Below, one piece after another: positions 23,807-38,794 of a stretch of 64,000 bases of DNA; position 1 is the first letter of the stretch, and every line of letters starts with the position of its first letter. A program made the position numbers and the translations under genes. Source of the DNA: Octopus sinensis (Eukaryota); contig NC_043020.1 of NCBI RefSeq assembly GCF_006345805.1, positions 186,001-250,000 of the forward strand. Reading direction: 5' to 3'. A model generated the notes under the pieces. It saw only the letters and a list, made by a program, of their open reading frames with translations, did not search any database and was not told the origin of the DNA.

Positions 23807-24622
23807 AAAAGAAAAAAACAAATTAAACAGAGGCTGTTTTTTTAACTGGCAGCATTCTACTCTCATATGACCCCCTCCTTCGCTTAGTTTCTTTATTGTA
23901 TCTAGTCTTCTAGACATTGTATCGTGTACTTTGCCTAATCATTCTCTCTCCACCAGCCTAACATCACTTTAAAGAATGAGGTTGCATTGCTGAACTAAAT
24001 GACAATTCACACAGCTTGAAAATTGACAAGGTTTATCTGACATAAAAATGGACGAGTTAGTCGATAATGTAAGTTATGAGTTTATCCTTGTTGTGGCAGT
24101 TTTTTTTTGTAACTCAATTATCTCGGCATTATGGTATATTTACCAACAACAGCACTCAGGTTATATGGCAAAGTTGTCAGATTTACAATGCTAACTCATA
24201 TGAAGCTCGAGATATATATAAAGATATAAATGTATTCCTAAAAGTTCTAAATTTGCATTTACTAAGGCACCAGGATTAGAGTATTATGACATTAGGTGCC
24301 AGTGCTTGCATAAATACATCAAAGACGCTCTTACAATAAAAGATATGACATAGTTGATGTTCTTATAATGATGCCATAGAATTAGGATTATCAATATTTT
24401 ATACTTCTTAATGGTTTACGCGAATTGACTTCATTGGATTTTTTCAGCCATTCTGTAACTTTTCCAGTGTCTTACTACCTACAAATAAGATGGCTTCTAT
24501 GTAAGCATTTAATCTGTTCAGTATAGTGTTGTTGTTGCTGTTCTTCTTCTTCTTCTTGCAGTCGTGATCATACCATGTTTTTTTCAGACATTATTATATC
24601 TAGGATTACATTTTCCAATGCT

Positions 24623-25290
24623 AAGTTGAAGGTGTATCAAGCAGTTGTACTGCCTATGCTACTGTATGCCTGTGAGACTTGGGTAGTTTATAAACGGTAC
24701 GCCAAAAGCTAAACCACTTGCATTTGAACTGCCTGAAAAAAGGTGTTGAAAATTATTTGGCAAGACAGGGTCCAAAACATGGAGGTCCTCTCTCAAGCTG
24801 ATCTGCCAAGCATTTACACACTGCTGAGGAAAGCATGAGTCCAGTGAGTATGCCAATTTGCTCAAATGCCTGACATGCAACTCCTCAAGAGACTGTTTTA
24901 CAGCAAACTGGCAGAAGCCAAGTGCATGCAAGGTGAACAGATAAGACACTTCAAGGACACATTCAAAGCCTCACTGAAGGGCTTTGAGATCAACTCTAAT
25001 ACCTGGGAAATGCAAGCACAAGAGTGTCTTGCCTGGTGAAGATGCATCAACAGAGGTGCCACATCCTATGAACAGAACAGGATTGCAGGACTACAAAGAA
25101 CATGTGAAGTACACAAGTCCAGAGTGAACGCCTTGCCTTCATTTACAACAGACCATCACTGCCCAACTTATGGCAGAGCCTCCAAGTACACATTAGATTG
25201 ATTGACCACAGCTGGACACGCCATACCCCATCTTCTTCTTCTCATGTGATGTTCCTTGGTCATTGTTGACAATACAGACGAAATAATAAT
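24623..25290 (+). mobile_element. 5'-truncated RTE-clade LINE (RT C-terminal region, pseudogenised)
   Basis: Translates across frameshifts and stops as KLKVYQAVVLPMLLYACETWVVYKRYA / KLNHLHLNCLKK / LKIIWQDRVQNMEVLSQA / MPDMQLLKRLFYSKL...RHFKDTFKASLK...WEMQAQECLAW, typical RTE motifs; ends GACGAAATAATAAT. Confidence 0.9.
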
Positions 25291-25329
25291 CTAATGCCAC
25301 CTTTTTTAATTGGTAAAGTGTGTAACAAG

Positions 25330-25605
25330 TAAAAGTAAGTCCCTTTGACATTACTGTCTTGAGTCCTTGGGACTCACAGGACCGGTCACCAGTTTCCATG
25401 GTGTATCAGTGACCAAGATCACAGCATTCTCCCCGTGCAAGATGCCAGTCTGTTGCAGATTTAGTTATTTACAACTGAGTGAACTGGAGCAATGTGAAAT
25501 GAAGTACCTTGCTCAAGAACATGACACACTGCCTGGTCTGGGAATTGAAACTAGGATCTAGCAATCATGAGTACAACACCCTAATCACTAAGCACTTGCC
25601 TTCAT
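25330..25605 (-). mobile_element. SINE family G nested in a family F repeat
   Basis: GAGCAATGTGAAATGAAGTACCTTGCTCAAGAAC...CACCCTAATCACTAAGCAC; imperfect flanking direct repeats TGGTA...GTGTA.ACAAG. Confidence 0.7.
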
Positions 25606-26459
25606 GGTAGACAGTGTATACAAGTGTAATTTTGGTGAGGTCTGGCTACTATTTCTAGCTGGTTAAGTGACTATGCAGAAGCTTGCTCACTGGCTCATGT
25701 TCAATATAGTTGTCAGTTCAGCTCAAACATATTCAAAGCTGTCTTTAAAACGAAGCCTGTGTTTTAAATCCTAAAGCATAAGAGAGTCTGTCCCCAGAAT
25801 GGCTGCAGCTAAAATATAAATGTATCGTTTAATTGGCTACTTTTGTGCCACAAGTCTACCAGCTCTGATCCTAATTCTATGATCTCTCCGTATAATGATA
25901 TAAAGAGGCTCTAAAACTATTTCTCTCCGTTTATTTTTCTTTATGTTCTTCTACACTTCACACATCGAATGCAAACAAATATAAAATTTTATTTGATATC
26001 TGCAGTTTGGCATTATTTTTTCTTTTCTTGTTTATTTTATTGCTTCCTTCCAAAAGTCTTTCAGCATCTTTTTTTTTTTCTTTATTCCTTTTACTCCACT
26101 CCCACCGCACTCCACCCCCGTTAAACTTCTTTTACTATATACTGTCAGGTTTTGTGAATTCATATAGCTTCGTAAATTTCTTTATGTGTGTATCAGAGCA
26201 AGAGAGAGCGAGAGAGAGAGAGAGGAAGAAAAAGAGTGATAGAGATGCATGTGTTGCATATATGTGTATTGTTCATGTGAAATCAAAGTTATGGTGAATA
26301 ATGTTACCAAATCCTCCTGCTTTAGATTATGAACGTGAATGAATATGATTACCGACATTAGGACACTTGGAATCTCAAGGAAAAGTAACTATAAAATATA
26401 TGATTGGTTATCTGTCTCTGTCAGTTGTCTGTCCTTTCATTTATGTTCACCCTCTTTAA

Positions 26460-27095
<636 letters not shown>

Positions 27096-27534
27096 TATAA
27101 TTATGTATATATCTACCTGTCCATTCTACCTGTCTATGGGCGTATGACTCTATCTCGTTATTCACATGTAATTATTTGTATTTCTCTGCTTGCTGTCCAC
27201 AAGATGTTGCAAATGATATATATTGAGCTCTATTAGTATATAAATGATAGAGTGCTATGCAGTAATAAACTGACACTAAAATCAATAAACTAGAATGATT
27301 ATGATTGCAACTGATAATGTCCTCTGTCAGCTTCCTCTTGAAAAAGCAACCGTCTTTGAAGAGGAAAGTAAGTTTCAAGCCAGTTAGGCCCAAGACCTCA
27401 CATTTGGAGTGACCAAAGAACAGCAGTTGATTGCATTAACAACTATAACTAATTGACTGGTACTTAGTTCATCAACTCTGAAAGAAGAATATGATACGAT
27501 AGGCAGGGTCTGTCATATCATAGATATGATTTGC

Positions 27535-27960
27535 AAGTGGTGAGCTGGCACAATAGTTAGCATGCCAAGCAAAATGCTTGGTGGTATTTCATCCGGCGAG
27601 CTGGCAGACACGTTAGCACGCTGAGAGAAATGCTTTGCAGTATTTCAGCTGCCGCTACATTCTGAGTTCAAATTCCGCCGAGGTCGGCTTTGCCTTTCAT
27701 CCTTTCAGGGTCATTTAAATAAGTACCAGTTACGCACTGGGTTCAATATATTTGACTTAATCCGTTTGTCTGTTCTTGTTTGTCTTCGCTGTGTTTAACC
27801 CCTTGTGGGTAGTAAAGAAATAGGTATTTCATCCGTCTTCACGTTCTGTGTTCAAATCCTGCTGAGGTCGACTTTGCCTTTCATCTTTTCAGGGTTGATA
27901 AAATAAAAACCACTCAAATACTGGGGTTGATGTAATCGACTTTCTCACCTCTCCCAAAAT
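27535..27960 (+). mobile_element. Young SINE B (27596-27822) nested in the head of an older SINE B
   Basis: 13-bp TSD GGTATTTCATCCG at 27583-27595 and 27823-27835. Confidence 0.88.
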
Positions 27961-28058
27961 TTGAAATCGATATGATGGGCAGGGTCAGCTTTGAGCCAGA
28001 TTTGAACTCATAATGCAAAAGTACTTGAGGCACTCAAGCATGGAAGTGAGGACATTAA

Positions 28059-28673
28059 TTTTTTCGTTACTGTACTTATTTTGAGATGCTCTGTGTTTCT
28101 TTCAATTACTCTTTTACTCTCTTTACTCTTTTACTTGTTTCAGTCATTTGACTGCGGCCATGCTGGAGCACCGCCTTTTAGTCGAGCAAATCGACCCCGG
28201 GACTTATTCTTTGTAAGCCCAGTACTTATTCTATCGGTCTCTTTTGCCGAACCGCTAAGTGACGGGGACGTAAGCACACCAGCATCGGTTGTCAAGCAAT
28301 GCTAGGGGGACAAACACAGACACACAAACATATACACACACACTTATATATATATACATATATACGACAGGCTTCTTTCAGTTTCCGTCTACCAAATCCA
28401 CTCACTAGGCATTGGTCGACCCGGGGCTATAGCAGAAGACACTTGCCCAAGATGCCACGCATGTGGTTGGTTAGCAAGCTACTTACCACACAGCCACTCC
28501 TCTTTAAATATAACAAAGAATTTAGTAAAATAACTTAGTTATCATTCAGCTAGTGTTAGGAAGATAAATTATGACTAAGGTTTGGTGGAAGGTTTTAATT
28601 CAAAACTTATGAAAACAAGACATTTGTACTCAGAGCCAGAGCCGGGTTTCAGCCGGGGTTGGTAACGAAAGGG
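28059..28673 (-). mobile_element. MITE family E split by a SINE A
   Basis: TTAA|TTTTTTCGTTAC ... GTAACGAAAGGG|TTAA; the joined halves are colinear with 32682-32902. Confidence 0.85.
28110..28502 (-). mobile_element. Young SINE family A
   Basis: Close reverse complement of 61096-61536, with (CTCTTTTA)n tail. Confidence 0.9.
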
Positions 28674-29279
28674 TTAAAACATTGACAACAGTGATGATAA
28701 AAACAGTAGGGGTGTGACTGGAGTGAGGTTGGTCAGATGTTTTTTTTTCTAGCAAGTGGAGTTACTGCATCGAGGCTCCCTGAGGTCGTCTCCGTTCTTC
28801 GTAATCTCTGGTCTTTTGAAGCATTTATAAAGACTTCTGTCTGAACTTTTAAACCAGCACTGCTAAGTTATTTTCAGTTGCTTTTCATATTTACTCTGCT
28901 TGTGTCTAGTCTTGTCAGATACTGACCCCCCAGAGATTTGTCTTGCCTCCTCCCTTTACTCTCCTATCTGCAAAACTCTTTTGTTTCATGTGGTATTTTT
29001 ATTTTCTTTGCTTTTTTACTTTTGTAGGACTGTTCTTATCCTCAACTGCTTCTATGTTGACAATCTCTATCTATACGGTGCTTAATTAATTCTTTATCAT
29101 CTCCAGCAAAAGAGAAGTTGTTGTTGTTGTTATTGTTGTGGTTGTTGTTTCTTAGATACGTATATTCCCCTGTTGCCTAACTTATATAATCTACCTTTAT
29201 TGCCTCTCAAATATTTTCTTAGTTCTATTGCAGTTGTTTGATAATAATTTTCTATTTCTAAGACTCCTCTCATATAAAT

Positions 29280-29308
29280 CATCCTCACCACCACTACTAC
29301 TACTGCTG

Positions 29309-29341
<33 letters not shown>

Positions 29342-29344
29342 TAA

Positions 29345-29383
<39 letters not shown>

Positions 29384-29387
29384 AATA

Positions 29388-29420
<33 letters not shown>

Positions 29421-29451
29421 TAATACTACTACTACTACCACCACCACCACC

Positions 29452-29482
<31 letters not shown>

Positions 29483-29515
29483 TAATACTACCACTACTAC
29501 TACCACCACCACCAC

Positions 29516-29546
<31 letters not shown>

Positions 29547-29657
29547 TAATATTACTATTACCACCACAACCACTACTACTGCTACCACCACCACTACTAC
29601 TACTACCACCACCACCACCACAACCACTACTACTACTACTACTACTGCTGCTGCTGC
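29280..29657. repeat. (TAC)n/(CAC)n trinucleotide microsatellite
   Basis: Direct inspection. Confidence 0.97.
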
Positions 29658-30607
29658 AAAGCTGTCTTCAAAGCACAGCTCTGTGTTCTTTGAGTATGTG
29701 CAAATTTGTTTCTTTTTTGTTTTGATTTGGTTTTGTTGTTTTCATATTTGGAAATATTCTAATTTTAATGTATGTATAGTGTGACTAGTAGTGATAGCTT
29801 CTCTATGCTATGCATATCGGTAAGTCTAGGGGGCTTTGGTTATGTATTTATCTGAATATTTTTTTTATCATCCCAAGGCACCTATTATGATAGGTATTAT
29901 TTATGCTTCCAGCCTCCACATCCAGGTTATCTGTGTGCATTTCTACATCTTTACATCTGGATAATCTTACCATCCTGTTGAGAGAAGCTTTAGCATCAGT
30001 TGGGGCTGATACCTTAGTTAAGAGGCACTTTCTTTCCTGGTGGTCTTAGAAAACAACGTCTGTTTTGAGTAACCCTGTTCCCCCTGCCTGTATTGGTATA
30101 TCTGAGTGTATGCATGCTTTATACTTTCCTGAAAGCTTTTCTGGTATATGTCCATATGGCTTCTTTGTTGATATTTCATAATATTGATATAGCTTTCAAT
30201 GTATAACAATGTATTTGATTCTCCGTCTGAAGAATTTCTAGTAGGAAATTTCTTACATGTTTATTCAACATGTACGATTTTGTGATTCGCATTAGCAAAT
30301 AAAACATGTATAATGTGAATAAATAATGCCAAAACTTTTTCCAGATTTCTGCTTTGTTATATAATTCTGTGAACAATATTTCCATAATTTTCAATTCTAA
30401 TATGTACCTCATATCAATACGACGACAACAGCTACATACTTTAATGTAACACTGGCATATGCAGATGTGCTTGAGGAGGACACAGCTTGGATTTTTTTCC
30501 TTTCTACATAATTTTCAATGTATGTAGTCCTAAACTTTGTCATACTTTGGCTAAGACTAAGCAGAGACAATATAGTTGAGTGTCTTCTCCATCATAGGCA
30601 CAGCACA

Positions 30608-30920
30608 GGTATGCCTGTGCGGTTAAGTAGCTTGCTTTGTAACCACACAGTTTTGGGTTTGCTCCTACTGTGCAGCACCTTGGGCAAGTGTCTTTTACTA
30701 TAGCCTTTGGTCAACCAATACTTTGCGAGTAACTTTGGTAGATGAAAATTGTGTGGAAGCCTGTCATACATGTGTGTGTGTTTTTTTGTTTGCCAAAAGA
30801 AACTGATAGAATAAATACCAATATAAATACCCACATTGATTTGTTCAACTAAAATGCTTCAGGGTAACACCCCAACATAGCCACAGTCCAGTGACTAAAA
30901 CAAGTAAAAGATAAAAGATA
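30608..30920 (+). mobile_element. SINE family A
   Basis: CACCTTGGGCAAGTGTCTTTTACTATAGCC; tail CAAGTAAAAGATAAAAGA. Confidence 0.8.
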
Positions 30921-31129
30921 GTGACCACCACTTATTCTCCACTATATTTCGCTTTATTATATGCTTTTGACATTTTAGTGGAAAGCTTTGATCCCATGTT
31001 GCATTCAAGAATTCTTAAACTTCAATTTCAAGTCCTCTGCTACCAGATCTGCAAATTTTCATTTTCTACTTTCATCTGACTAGATATTAGTTAATGTAGG
31101 GGCCTTTCTTGACATCATTTTGGCAGGTA

Positions 31130-31790
<661 letters not shown>

Positions 31791-32189
31791 AATCCATAAA
31801 GAGAAGGGAACTTTTGCACAGTATAAAGAGTCCTGTATGACAATAATGATTATCATGAAACATTTCTGTCCATGTTTTCCCTCTGACGTCTACTAATCTG
31901 CCTGAATTCAAAACGAACATTATTAATTGCATCAACCTTACACAGATAATGCTGTTCCCTCATCCAGGAAATACCCCTCCACCGCCTCCCTTCTCCCCTG
32001 TTTCTGAATCCATAAAATTTTAAGTTATGAGCGCATGTCTTTTGATGCTGCAACCGGATTTAGTGATGTTGCATGATTTCTTCCACTGTATTAATGTGAT
32101 AGGGTTGCTGCTTAAACCAACGATGCATTTCTTAGAAAGGATAGTTTGATATGTAGACAAGATGAAGTGACTTATCTCCTTAAAACACT

Positions 32190-32620
32190 TGTTGTTGCTG
32201 TTGTTGTTGTTTAACCCCGGGTTCAGCTTTGATTAACAAATCTGTGATCAAAGTCATCTCAGATGTAAGCATCCTATCATTTTAGAGAATACTATGGATT
32301 ACATTGTCTCATATCATATGTCCTTGTATTTTATTATTAAGACAGTAGAGTGTGTATCAAGTGATATTTGGCTGCTATTTCTAACAGGCCAGCTAACCAC
32401 ATAGTCTCCCTCCTCAGGTTTAATCTTCGGTCAACTTCAACAAACTTTAATAAACAAACCTTCAACAAACCTTAAGTCAACTTCAACAAACCTGTGGACA
32501 GTCACTTCAGCTGTAACCTTCCTATAATTTTAGAGAATGGATTACATTATCTCATATATTCTGTTTTATTGGGACAGTAGTGTATGATTCAATAGAGATT
32601 TGGCTGCTATTTCTAACGGG
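32190..32620 (-). repeat. Family F repeat, locally duplicated
   Basis: ATTTTAGAGAAT..GGATTACATT..GACAGTAG..ATTTGGCTGCTATTTCTAAC occurs twice; (TTG)n at the left end. Confidence 0.7.
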
Positions 32621-32681
32621 CCTACGTTCTGCAATGTGGGATTGAACCTAAAACCACATAGTTACAAAGGAAGCTTCTTAA

Positions 32682-32902
32682 CCCTTTCATTACTGTATTT
32701 ATTTTGAGATGCTCTGTGTTTCTTTCAATTACTTTAAATTTAACAAAGAATTTAGTAAAATAACTTAGTTATCATTAAGTTAGTGTTAGGAACATAAATT
32801 ATGACTAGGGTTTGGTGGAAGATTTTAATTCAAAACCAATAGAAACAATACATTTGTACTACAGAGCCAGGGCCGGTTTCAGCCAGGTTGGTAACGAAAG
32901 GG
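32682..32902 (-). mobile_element. Intact MITE family E, 221 bp, with TTAA TSD
   Basis: TIR CCCTTTCATTAC / GTAACGAAAGGG; inserted in the SINE A motif AAGCTTCTTAACCA.ACAGC with TTAA duplicated (uninterrupted form at ~13969-13989). Confidence 0.9.
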
Positions 32903-34228
32903 TTAACCAGACAGCTATTTGGATTCCAAAATGAAATTTATGCTGTAATTTATTTTTCAGTTTCTTTTGAAAATATACATATTTCATTATGAATTGTTGA
33001 AGTGATTCCTTTCATAAATCATTTTTTTTTTATTCAACTCAAATGTGATAACTTTTCTTTTTTTCTTTTCTTTTCCTTTCTCCCCTATCATTTTGGTATC
33101 TTTCCATGGGTGTGATTTCTTTTTACAGCTATGTGTTTTTCCCTTCTGTTAACTAACGATGTAGGAGTGGTCGTGGCGTTAACCCCTTCCACCCCGAGCC
33201 CCCACCACCACTGGACAAACCGATAAACCGATGCTGACAGTTTTATTTGTATTGATCAGTGACAAAATATAAATAGTGAGGTTTGAACTCCTGACCACCA
33301 AGCCGGGAGAAGCATTGTTCTTCATTGGCAGCAACTAAGAGCGATGTGCAATGGTTAGATGATGGCTTCAGCCCATGAACTTCTGGCCTCTGCAGAGAGA
33401 GAGAGAGAGACTGAAAGAGAGAGAGAGAGGGAGAGAAAGAGAGAGAGAGGAAGAGAAAGAGAGAGAGGGAGGAATGGAAGCAGCAATATATCCTGTTTGC
33501 TAGATTTAGAAACAACAGTGTCTGTCAGTGAGAAAGCAGTCTGTAGGTGACAGATTACTGAAGGTTGAAATTGTATTTGACATCAGATGGGGAACCTAAT
33601 TTCTGAGAGATACCTTCTGGAAATAGATGCTGCTTTTTATTTAACTTTGGTCGGTTAAAAATAATATTCTATTTTGTGTTACTCTATTTCGGAGTGAATT
33701 ACTTCATGCTATATTCAAATTGTCATCCTATCACAGATTTCTCAGACTGCATATGTTAAATACTGAATATTTTATTCAAAGCTGAAAATTGGGAAAATGA
33801 AAGCAAAAAAAAAAAAAAAAAAAAAATCCATTTTGTGTTCAAATTTAACTGAAGTTTGTTCCATTTTCCCCACCATTGATAAAATAAAATTCCATTAAAA
33901 TGTTTGCAATTGATTCAAATAACTTTACTAAGAGATGGGGATGGGGGGTGGGGCTTTTGACAGGAGTTATATCATAGAAAATATCAATTTTTTCATGCTT
34001 CTCTGACCTTCTAAAAGCCTCTCATGCAATACAGTTGCATGAAAAGCCTTCCATAGAACACCAAATGCCAGCTGATTTGGAAATGTTTGGCTTTGCTGAG
34101 TGTTACATTCTATGAAATACCCAGAAAATTTTGTTAGCATTGAGAAGGTTAAAATATCATTGCAAATTCAAAATCCGAGAGTAGAAAACTGAGGTTTCTT
34201 TTTCCTAAGATTCGTATGAAAGAATTAA

Positions 34229-34461
34229 ACCTTTTGATATCAACCCGCTTGAGACCACCCCTGGTTCTCTGCTCCAAACTTCCTGTTTTAAAACGATCTA
34301 AATTAAAACCTCCCATCTCAACTTTATGTTAATTTAAATTCCAAACACCTGCTTAATCTTGACAAAATTATTTTACTAAATTCTTCCTTATTTTCGAAAT
34401 TAATTTTAATAAAAATTAAAAGTTGTGTAGTTTAATAAAAAAAAATATGGCATCAAAAGAG
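34229..34461 (+). mobile_element. MITE family E
   Basis: TTAA|ACCTTTTGAT ... ATCAAAAGAG|TTAA; colinear with 10789-11006. Confidence 0.75.
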
Positions 34462-34901
34462 TTAATATTTCTAAATTTCTTGCTATAAAGTCTGGATTTC
34501 ATATCAGTAGAATACATTTTGTTTCATCCTGTAAATGGCTGACTAAAAAAAAAACCTACTTTATTCAATCTTTCTTCTTAAAAGCCTTTTGAATTGATGA
34601 TTTCCCTCTAGGCTTCACCAGTCTAGGAAGGCTTGCAAAAGCCATGGCCATTACCCAACTAGGTTGAGAAAAAATAGTATTGCATGACAAATGCATGTTT
34701 TCTTTCCTCATATTTTTTATACATCATTATGGGCTTTTACACATCATTCAGTGGGCACCATTGCCCACTGTAAATCTTAATGAGGAATTACTATTATATA
34801 ATAGCAGCTGGAAACCTATACTTACATCTCAAAGAATATCAAAAATGACTTGGGAATTTTGTTTGTAGTTAAAACTAAAATATTGGCTTCTGTAAGGTAC
34901 C

Positions 34902-35121
34902 AATTTCTTTACTACCAACAAGGAGCTAAACACAGAGGGAACAAACAAGGACAGACAAACGGATTAAGTCAATTATATCGACCCCAGTGCGTAACTGGTA
35001 CTTAATTTATCGACCCCGAAAGGATGAAAGGCAAAGTCGACCTCGGTGGAAATTGAACTCAGAACATAATGGCAGAAGAAATACGGCTATGCATTTCGCC
35101 CGGCGTGCTAACGTTTCTGCC
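34902..35121 (-). mobile_element. Young SINE B
   Basis: Reverse complement of 6758-6989; 7-bp TSD AGGTACC at 34895-34901 and 35122-35128. Confidence 0.88.
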
Positions 35122-36017
35122 AGGTACCTTCACAAGGTAGAAATCTCCGGAAACAGTTACCCTGTATGAAGACATTAAGGATCTTCTCTCCCTTTTCTCT
35201 TGATTGTTAAACTGCTAATGTTCAGTGAAGAGGGGAAAAAGCAAATTTCTTCCAGGTTGTAATTATTTTCCATGTATGAGAAATGTCTTATTTCATAAAA
35301 TGTTTAATCAATATATATTCGGTTCTATCATGCTGGGGATTTCTAATAAGAGTGAAAGAGTGCTATACATGATGTCTACTGACTTGAAATTTCAAGAACT
35401 TCATAATAAATAAGCAAGCAAGAAAGAAAGAAAATTAATCATGTGTATTCCGTGTATCTTTTTCCTTATTCTTTAATTTCAAATTTGTAATTCCACCAAA
35501 TATTATGGCGAAATGATTATCTTCCTTGTAATAATTGTCCACTAGGGAACAGCATGTGTATATTTCAAGTTGTTATATCTAATTTCTAAAGAAATACCTT
35601 TTATTGACTGAATAAGCTATAACGTTCTGTTTCTGTCTGTGTATGTAATGTTAAACTATGGAGCAAGATTGAAGGCAGAGTCTATTATAAAACACACACA
35701 ACATTTATATTATTCATTGACTGATAAACTATGGAACGAAATTGAAGACATAATTCTATTATGGAGAATATTATTTATTCATAAGACAATTGACTGAGAA
35801 AGTAGAGAAGAAAATCGAAAACTCAACGTATATATTATTTATATTATCCTTCAGACAATTGACCAGGAAATAAATATTTCAAATTGTGATATATATTTAT
35901 TACTGATATATGGTTTTTTTGAGTGGAGCAGCTATTGTAGTATACTGACTGGGACCACGGAGTTAAGCCCAACCATATGCACTTTCCTCTTATATGAAAA
36001 TCTTTTAAGTAGGTACA

Positions 36018-36380
36018 GATATGGCTGTGTGGTAAGAAGATTGCTTCCAACTACATTGTGGAACCTTGGGCAAGTGTTTTTTACACTATAGCCTCAGGCC
36101 AACCAAAGCCTTCCGAGTGGATTTGCTTGATGGAAACTGAAAGAAGCCCATATATATGTGTGTGTGTTTCTGTGTTTGTCCCCCCCATTCCACCACCACT
36201 TGATAGCTGTTAATGGTGTGTTTATATCCCCATAACTTAGTGGTCCGACAAAAGAGATTGATAGAGTGAGTACCAGGGATGAAATAAATAAATAAATGTA
36301 TTGGGGATCATGTCATGTAACTAAAAATTCAAAGCTGTATACTAGAAATCTGCAGTCTAAAGACTGAAACAAATATAAAG
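36018..36380 (+). mobile_element. SINE family A
   Basis: ATGGCTGTGTGGTAAGAAG; CCTTGGGCAAGTG; GGAAACTGAAAGAAGCCC. Confidence 0.82.
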
Positions 36381-36594
36381 AAAAACAAAAATGTTTCACT
36401 CATTCCATTTAAAACCATCATCATTATCAATTTAATGTCCACCAAATGTATGTAATAATAGCACTAGAACATTGTCTTATTCTTTTCTATAGGGTAGCGT
36501 TCAAAGTTACTATTTCAAAATAGTTTTAGCATTTTCTCTCACTAATGACCATTGCTAACATTATCACCATCGCATTCATCCGTAGTAGTGTTAC

Positions 36595-37410
36595 GCGTGG
36601 TTATGGGATTACGAAGTTTGCTTTGTGACCCTAGTTTTAGTCCCTCTGCTACACTTTGGATAGGTGTCTTGTATTAAATCCTTAGGCCAGCTAAACCTTT
36701 GTGAGTGACTTTGGTAGACAAAGACCCTGTGTGTGTGTGTGTGTGTGTGTGTGTCTATTCATCATTGTTTAATTCTTGTTTTCAGAGTTGAATAGTTCAA
36801 TAGGATCTGACGAGACAGAGGACAATGCATTGAACTCCAATGTCTACTATTGTCATAGTTTCTCTCACTGGATGGCCTTCCTAATGCCAACCACTTTACA
36901 GTATGTACTGGGTGCCTTCCTTTGTAACGCTGGCACTAGTGATGTCATTGAGTAACTTGCAAGATAAGACCCCTCGATTGTGTGGAGATTTGATATTGAG
37001 GAAGGTGGCTTTGTGCCATGTGCTGAGCAGTTAAAGTATAATTCTGGGGACAGGAACAGGTATCTTTCTGTAAAGAAGATGCATGGCTGCCCTAGCTAGA
37101 AAGAAAGAAAAGAGACAGTAGCGATGACGTCTCATGGCATACCCTCAAAATACAAGGTCATTGTGTGTGCATGCATGCATGTGTGTGTGTCCGTGTCCAC
37201 CTGCCTGCCCATGTCCGTGTGCATGTTTATATTTGTCTCTCACCATTTACAGCCTCATGACTAAGCAGTGTGAGAGAAAGAGACTAACAAAACAAGTACC
37301 AGACTTTTAAAAAAATATATAAATACTACATTTATTAGATTGACTAACTCCTCAGAGTAGTACCCCAGCATGGGCTGGAGTCCAGTGAGTGAACCTAGTA
37401 AAAGAGTAAC
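36595..37410. mobile_element. Old SINE A (+) interrupted by an old family C-like copy (-)
   Basis: A head 36595-36750 and tail 37240-37410; GGATGGCCTTCCTAATGCCAACCACTTTACA in between. Confidence 0.55.
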
Positions 37411-38246
37411 TTGGAATTACATAACAAATTAGTTGTCATACTCCATCACCTGACTGTCTTGAGATAATAGCTCAGTGGTATATCGCTGTTTGAATTCTCA
37501 CTGTTTTCTCACAAATTTCTTGCTGTTTTCTCTGCAGACCAATCAAATTAATCTCACACTTGTCCGCTGTGATCTAACCTCAATACTGTTTTAGTCTTTT
37601 TACTCTCTGCTCATCCCACCCACTTTTATTGAATCCAACAGCACTCGCCCTCACCCTCACCTGACTCACCTTTCTGTCACCATCAATCATCTCAGACTGG
37701 ATTTTAGTATTTGGTTACGTGTGCAGTTCTCAGTTAACTCCCAGCGCTATATATTAATTACAAATGTAAATTTAGATTACTGCTGTAGTTTACTAAACTG
37801 GGCTTCCTTATTGACTTGTGTTGCATCCCCAGGTGGGTGCTTGTCATTGCTCATGTAACAAATTATCTCATTGACAATAACAAATTTCTCTGCTGTTCAT
37901 TTGTTATTGCTAACTACAGAGTGTATATAATTTGCAAGCATCCAACTGCTCATCACAGTATGTCTGCCTTCGTCTCTCTCCATCTGTGTCTATCTTTGTC
38001 TCTCACTCCTTCCTCTTTCTATGTCTATCATCATCATCTCTCTTTCTCACCTCACCCAAGTCTGACTTTCTCCCTTTCTCAGTCTCTCTCTCCAAGTTCA
38101 CCTCTCTCTCTCTTCATTTCTGTGCTAAGTAAGCCAATGGTAGAACATTTTTGCACTCCCTAGACTTTTTGCTAGAAATAAAGTCAATTACCTTTCAAAG
38201 ACTGTCTTAAAAAAAAAAAAGGACACTTTGTTATGCAATCTTGAGT

Positions 38247-38568
38247 ATCATCATCATCATCGTTTAGCGTCCGCTTTCCATGCTAGCATGGGTTGGACGG
38301 TTCAACTGGGGTCTGGGAGCCAGAAGGCTGCACCAGGCCCAGTCTGATCTGGCAATGTTTCTATGGCTGGATGCCCTTCCTAACACCAACCACTCCATGA
38401 GTGTAGTGGGTGCTTTTTATGTGCCACCAGCACAGGTGCCAGACAAGGCTGGCAAAGGGCCACGATCGGATAGTGCTTTTTACATGCCACCAGCACGGAG
38501 GCCAGGTGAGGCTGGCAACAGCCACGATCGGATGGTGCTTTTTACATGCCACTGGCACAGAGGCCAGT
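38247..38568 (-). mobile_element. Family C copy
   Basis: Near-identical to 11143-11470, including the internal units. Confidence 0.88.
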
Positions 38569-38794
38569 ATGTTATTCATAAAACAAAGACATAATCATAG
38601 CATGAATGCATTTGGTCATAGATATGCTCAACTGTAGGTGACCTAGGGTTAAATAATGGCAGCAACAACTCAAAGTAAAATATCACTTCAGTAAACATTA
38701 AAATAAAATTGAAATGACAATTCTTCTTATCCACCTTCAACTGCAAAACCCTTGTCAAAGCAATCAGCTACATCATAAGTACATGTTTATACTA

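Noticed and set aside
26138-26160. miR-8-like ATACTGTCAGGT
   Set aside because: Only a 12-nt match and no supporting hairpin.
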